Source: Obrimoposthia wandeli (lineage: Eukaryota). Taken from it: a stretch of DNA of 64,000 nt. The notes beneath the pieces are model-generated. The model was not told where the DNA came from. It saw only the letters and a program-made list of their open reading frames with translations, and ran no database searches. Positions 59,500 through 64,000 of this stretch are shown piece after piece. The translations under genes were made by a program, and so were the position numbers. The DNA lies in contig CDROCS010003087.1 in NCBI GenBank assembly GCA_977020255.1, positions 124,001 through 188,000 of the forward strand. The letters are read 5' to 3'. How positions within the stretch are numbered: position 1 is the stretch's first letter; every line of letters starts with the position of its first letter.

Positions 59500-60090
59500 T
59501 GAAATTTTCTCCAAATATGCTGAATACCTTATTTAGAAGCATTCACAACATTTTTGGAAACTCCAAACAAAAAGAAATCAGGTAGGAAAATATCAACTGA
59601 TCTGGCTGATCAGTCAATAAAGCCAATAAAGCTTCCAATCCAGTGCCCAGGGAATGCCCTGTTTCCATCTTGTTTAAAATGAAGTTCATCAAAATTGGGG
59701 TGCTCAAAAACAATAGGAAATAGTTGAATTTTCAGCATATCGAAGTAACGATAAACATTAACAGTTCCTTGCAAGAATGGGTCAATTAGGCCAATGCTGC
59801 ATATCTCTCTATGGGGTTGTGCTACGCGGAAGATTGACTTCATATTCGATAATGTGGTGAGGATTTTAATATTCTCAATAGACACAATTGTGTATATTTA
59901 CGTCAATTAAGTTTGAAGCAAGCTTCATCACTCCATTTATGGACCTTTTAACATAATGACCAATCACTCCTCCTGTTCATTCCTTTTTCTCGGGTGAACT
60001 TAAAACCATGTGTCGTACTTCCAGATGCGTTGAATTTTGATATAAGCTGGGACATTGTCAATGTACAAGGTGAAGACGAACTGCAGATTT
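59500..60090 (-). mobile_element. Tc1/mariner-type transposase remnant
   Basis: FLQGTVNVYRYFDMLK..LHFKQDG. Confidence 0.7.
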
Positions 60091-61049
60091 TTATCCATAA
60101 GATCTAATACAAGTTTGTATCTGTTCATAGCATAATACGTTTTAATAAAAAAAATTCAATACACTAAATAAAAACCAAGACTATTTTTAAAACTGGAAGA
60201 AAAAAATCAAAGAAACACGAATTTATTTAGAGGTTAGATTACTTTTGTGATACCTGTATGCTATTAAAAATATGCTATTGTGCTTTATTATGCATATAAT
60301 TTGTGATACATACGTAAAAAGGTCATATTTGACATGATAATTTGTGGAGCTAAAGGTTAAACAAAATAACAAAACCAAAATAACGGATAATTTCTTTCTA
60401 AAAACCATTACTAACCTTCTTTAAAGAATATACATGAATAATAAGATAAAAATAAATTTTATACAATATTATTTACCTAAACTAACTGATAAGCAATGTT
60501 CCACGTAATTTTTGAAGTACCTGTCCGGAGAAAAATTATCCTAAGCTAAGTTGTCAGCAATATGCGCTAAAACATAAAATTTTAATATTTACAATAGAAT
60601 AGATTTATTTAAACGTTAATTGAAACCTTAGTAAAATTCAGTAAAAATCGCATAACTTTAGGATTTAAGATAAAAGACTTATAAAATCGTTAGTCAATTT
60701 TAATAGCCGTATTATTTCTTTAATTATTAAATATTATTAAATATTGTTAAATTTTCGGTTATTATTACAAAATTCAATTACACTTTTATGCAATTTAAAA
60801 AAAATCTTATGGGGCTTATTATTTTTGATACCTTTAAAATCTATAAATTACTTAAATATTTGCTAAAATAGAACAGGGTCATTATATAAATAACATATGT
60901 AAATTTAACTTTGAAAGTAATTTTTATAAGTAGTTTTATTTCCTAATTAAAATTGAAATTAAATAATAATTACATATAAACTTTTCATTTATTTTATCCT
61001 CTTTTAGATTTAAATACAAAAAGACATACAAATAAATTATATATTCATT

Positions 61050-63250
61050 TAATATAATTTTTTTATTCAAATCTTTAAAGAAAACAGCTGGCATTTAAAG
61101 AATACAAAATAATTTAATTGAAGAAAAGATTTTATAACCAAAAAATTTTGAAAATCTCTTGAGTTGTCCAATAGTTATATAATACATCTAAATTGATGTT
61201 TTGCCTTGAAGATATGTAAAATTTTATTCTCAATAAATTCCAATATTTTGTTTTAATTGTGTTCATTAGACCAGATCCACCTGAAATGTTGCAAAAATAT
61301 ATGTGACTGATAAATCTTGATATTGGTCATATTTCAACACAAACTTTACAGATCAGAAAATGTTTTAATGGGGTCAGTTTTGTATTTTGAGCGATAACAA
61401 ATTTTAAATCGCACTATAGTTATGTTGTTTTCGTATCTTCATAATTTTTCAACAATGTAGAATATTGTTCGTTCGGTTTCTTTCCAAATTGAACATCACC
61501 TGTTTTTGAAATTGCATCTAAGTCGTAAACAATAACCTCCATTAATACCTTGTCTGGAAATCTGTCATTCAAATGATCACATAGTGATTCAATAAATTGT
61601 AAGATTGGTTTCGTGTTTACTTTGCTGTTTAAGGTATCCATAAAGCTTTTTACTTCGTTACAACAATATACATATTTTCCTAAATACTGGTTTCTTATCT
61701 TGTTAATCTTAGCTTTTGGAACCTACATTGATTCTACTGGTGTTAGACACTTTGTTGAGAGTACTTATACATTGATGCTAGTTCACTTAGAATTTGTTTA
61801 ATGCTATCAGTACTACGTACACTTGTAGATTCGTTAGCATTTTAAAATTATTGTTTATTATATTTTCTGTTAATTGCAGTATTCTATCAAGATATTATAG
61901 TTTCGCAATAGCGCACTTACTGCAAAGTACCTTGTTAGCCACATTACCTCATTTAAAGGTCGAAAGGTCAATTACATTCAGTAATTTTTGTCAATTCTTC
62001 CCTCTTTTCACAGATCGGCTAAACATTGTGTATACAGTACGTAGGAGCGTTTCAATGTCGCGCTTTATTGGAATCTTTTCTACGAATCGTCAATTGTTAA
62101 ATCTTCAGGATGTGCTTTCAGGATGTGGTCTTAAATTATTGTTTATTATATTTTCTGTTAATTGCAGTATTCTATCAAGATATTATAGTTTCGCAATAGC
62201 GCACTTACTGCAAAGTACCTTGTTAGCCACATTACCTCATTTAAAGGTCGAAAGGTCAATTACATTCAGTAAATTTTGTCAATTCTTCCCTCTTTTCACA
62301 GATCGGCTAAACATTGTGTATACAGTACGTAGGAGCGTTTCAATGTCGCGCTTTATTGGAATCTTTTCTACGAATCGTCAATTGTTAAATCTTCAAGATG
62401 TGCAGCCCAGTGTTGCTCGGATAAAGGTTTAATTCTACACAGTAAAACTGTGGCTACGCTATTTGCTTGTCAAGCATAGCCGAAGCATTATCATATGTAA
62501 ACATCACCATCTTCTGCATGTTAAGTCCATTTCTAATGTACAATTTTTTTGATCGCATTTACGATTGCTCAGTCACAGTTTTCTACTTTTAAAATTCCTG
62601 CAAATGTGGTTTTGTAAAAACGTTTTGATGTTTGACAATATTTAATATATATTATTAACATTTTTTGAACCGACATTTATCAACTATTAGTGTGTGTAAT
62701 TTTATTTGTGCAACTCTTAAATCATTTCTCTGTGTTGAAATACATAATTTTACTACGCCAGCTCTCAAGAATTGTCACATATTTTACAATGTTCCTATGA
62801 ATATCTTGCAAATAGAGCATGGAAACATTTATTTGTATAGCAAAAATCGCATTATTAAATGATTTTTTATATTATTGATATCAGTTTTTTGCGTTGTATA
62901 AGATCCAATCTCATCTTACTGTCCCCTTGTGCTTCGATAAGCATTTGAAAAAAATCCACCATTATTTATATTTCTTAGTTTAGTAACGTAATCTAAGTTC
63001 ACCTTTTGAATTAAATTACGTTTAAAATAATCTAATTTCTACTTGTTTCACTTTTCACCGGTACAAAATTCATCACCAGCTTTTATCTCAGACCATATTT
63101 TACATGAAATTTTATCTCCACCATCATTGGAATATTTATGAAGAATTACATCACAGAATTACACAGATTTGTACACAGAGATTGAAGAAGTTGTTATCAT
63201 CTAAAGTTTAGGTCCTAACAAAGGTGAACTTTACACAAACTGGAAATGAA
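61050..63250 (-). mobile_element. hAT transposase pseudogene (ZNF862-like) containing a tandem duplication
   Basis: YDNASAML, EVMWLTRYFAVSALLRNY; duplicate blocks 61845..62115 and 62133..62403. Confidence 0.65.
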
Positions 63251-63289
63251 GCTTTAGTTTTCATAGTATAAATAGACTCGTTTCCAATT

Positions 63290-63780
63290 TTCCGAATTGA
63301 ACAACAGACAAAAAAGCTGCTCGAGTACGTTCTGATCATAATTTTATTAGCGAATTTGATGATGATCTACATCGAAGAGGAATGGTTGTATCATACATCA
63401 ATTGGAACAAAGTCAACGAATCTTTCATGGTGTGCCTCACCAGAATAAAAAGGAAAGTTCTTCGAAGATCACAGAGCGATTCAAAATCGTATGTGGTAAG
63501 GGTAGCAACACTTGGAGGAGATAGATATTATGAGATTGTTCATGGTAAAAACATCAATGGTTCTTTCTACATTGAGTTTCTTCAAATGATGCATCAGAAA
63601 TGTGTTCACATCTCTCGGAGTATGATAAGAATTTTGACTTGATTCATAACAACTGAATTTCTTTCGTTAAAGTTACAAAATGTTGTCTACCGAGCACTAT
63701 ATTCACCTGAAGATTTCAGGTTAGTTTCTAATCTCGAACGCATGTGGCATTTTCAAGACAAAACTGAATTATAGGATTTT
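63290..63780 (+). mobile_element. Tc1-like transposase remnant
   Basis: NINGSFYIEFL and YSPEDF..NLERMW patterns. Confidence 0.5.
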
Positions 63781-64000
63781 CTTTTTGTTTCAATAGTTTC
63801 TATTTAATTGATGTATTATATTTAAATATATTAAAAATTATTTTGGAATTGCTGGTTTTCGTTGATGCGGAGTAAAATTTCGAAACTTTTTAAACAACCT
63901 AACAAGTAAACGTTTCACACGTCATAAAAAGAACTCAGTGAAATTTTAGTATATGATAAACATAATATATTGCAATATTAAAAATGTAGTTTTAGCTGCT

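Noticed and set aside
61794-62432. 212-aa plus-strand ORF
   Set aside because: It is the antisense of a duplicated hAT transposase remnant; its internal repeat reflects the 271-nt duplication.

Overview
AT-rich eukaryotic genomic DNA, most likely an invertebrate with short introns (about 40-80 nt); the host cannot be named from the sequence. There is one assembly gap (5188-5505). About 60% of the window (1-39.9 kb) is a nested cluster of at least six Polinton/Maverick (adintovirus-like) element fragments. Together they carry protein-primed PolB, a packaging ATPase, a retroviral-type integrase with a chromodomain, major and minor capsid proteins, an adenain-like protease, a pX-like core protein and accessory genes. 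These are interleaved with Ty3/Gypsy LTR elements and two intronless class A GPCR paralogs. The right third is a graveyard of Gypsy, pogo/Tigger, hAT and Tc1/mariner remnants, tandem arrays and a few probable host exons. The most striking signals are: (1) the Polinton polB genes contain GT-AG spliceosomal introns, including a 382-nt intron inside an otherwise intact polymerase that is absent from the paralogous copy; (2) one PolB polyprotein carries an N-terminal ubiquitin-like domain ending in LRGG, followed by a Cys/His domain, a QxGG site and a vOTU-like protease motif, suggesting a self-processing polyprotein; (3) a TGACCT array with DR5, TREpal and CRE architecture; (4) a duplicated 55-nt three-way-junction motif; (5) a SUMO-like domain in a pol-less Gypsy element. 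Coordinates of degenerate remnants are approximate. No database search was possible, so novelty is not verified.
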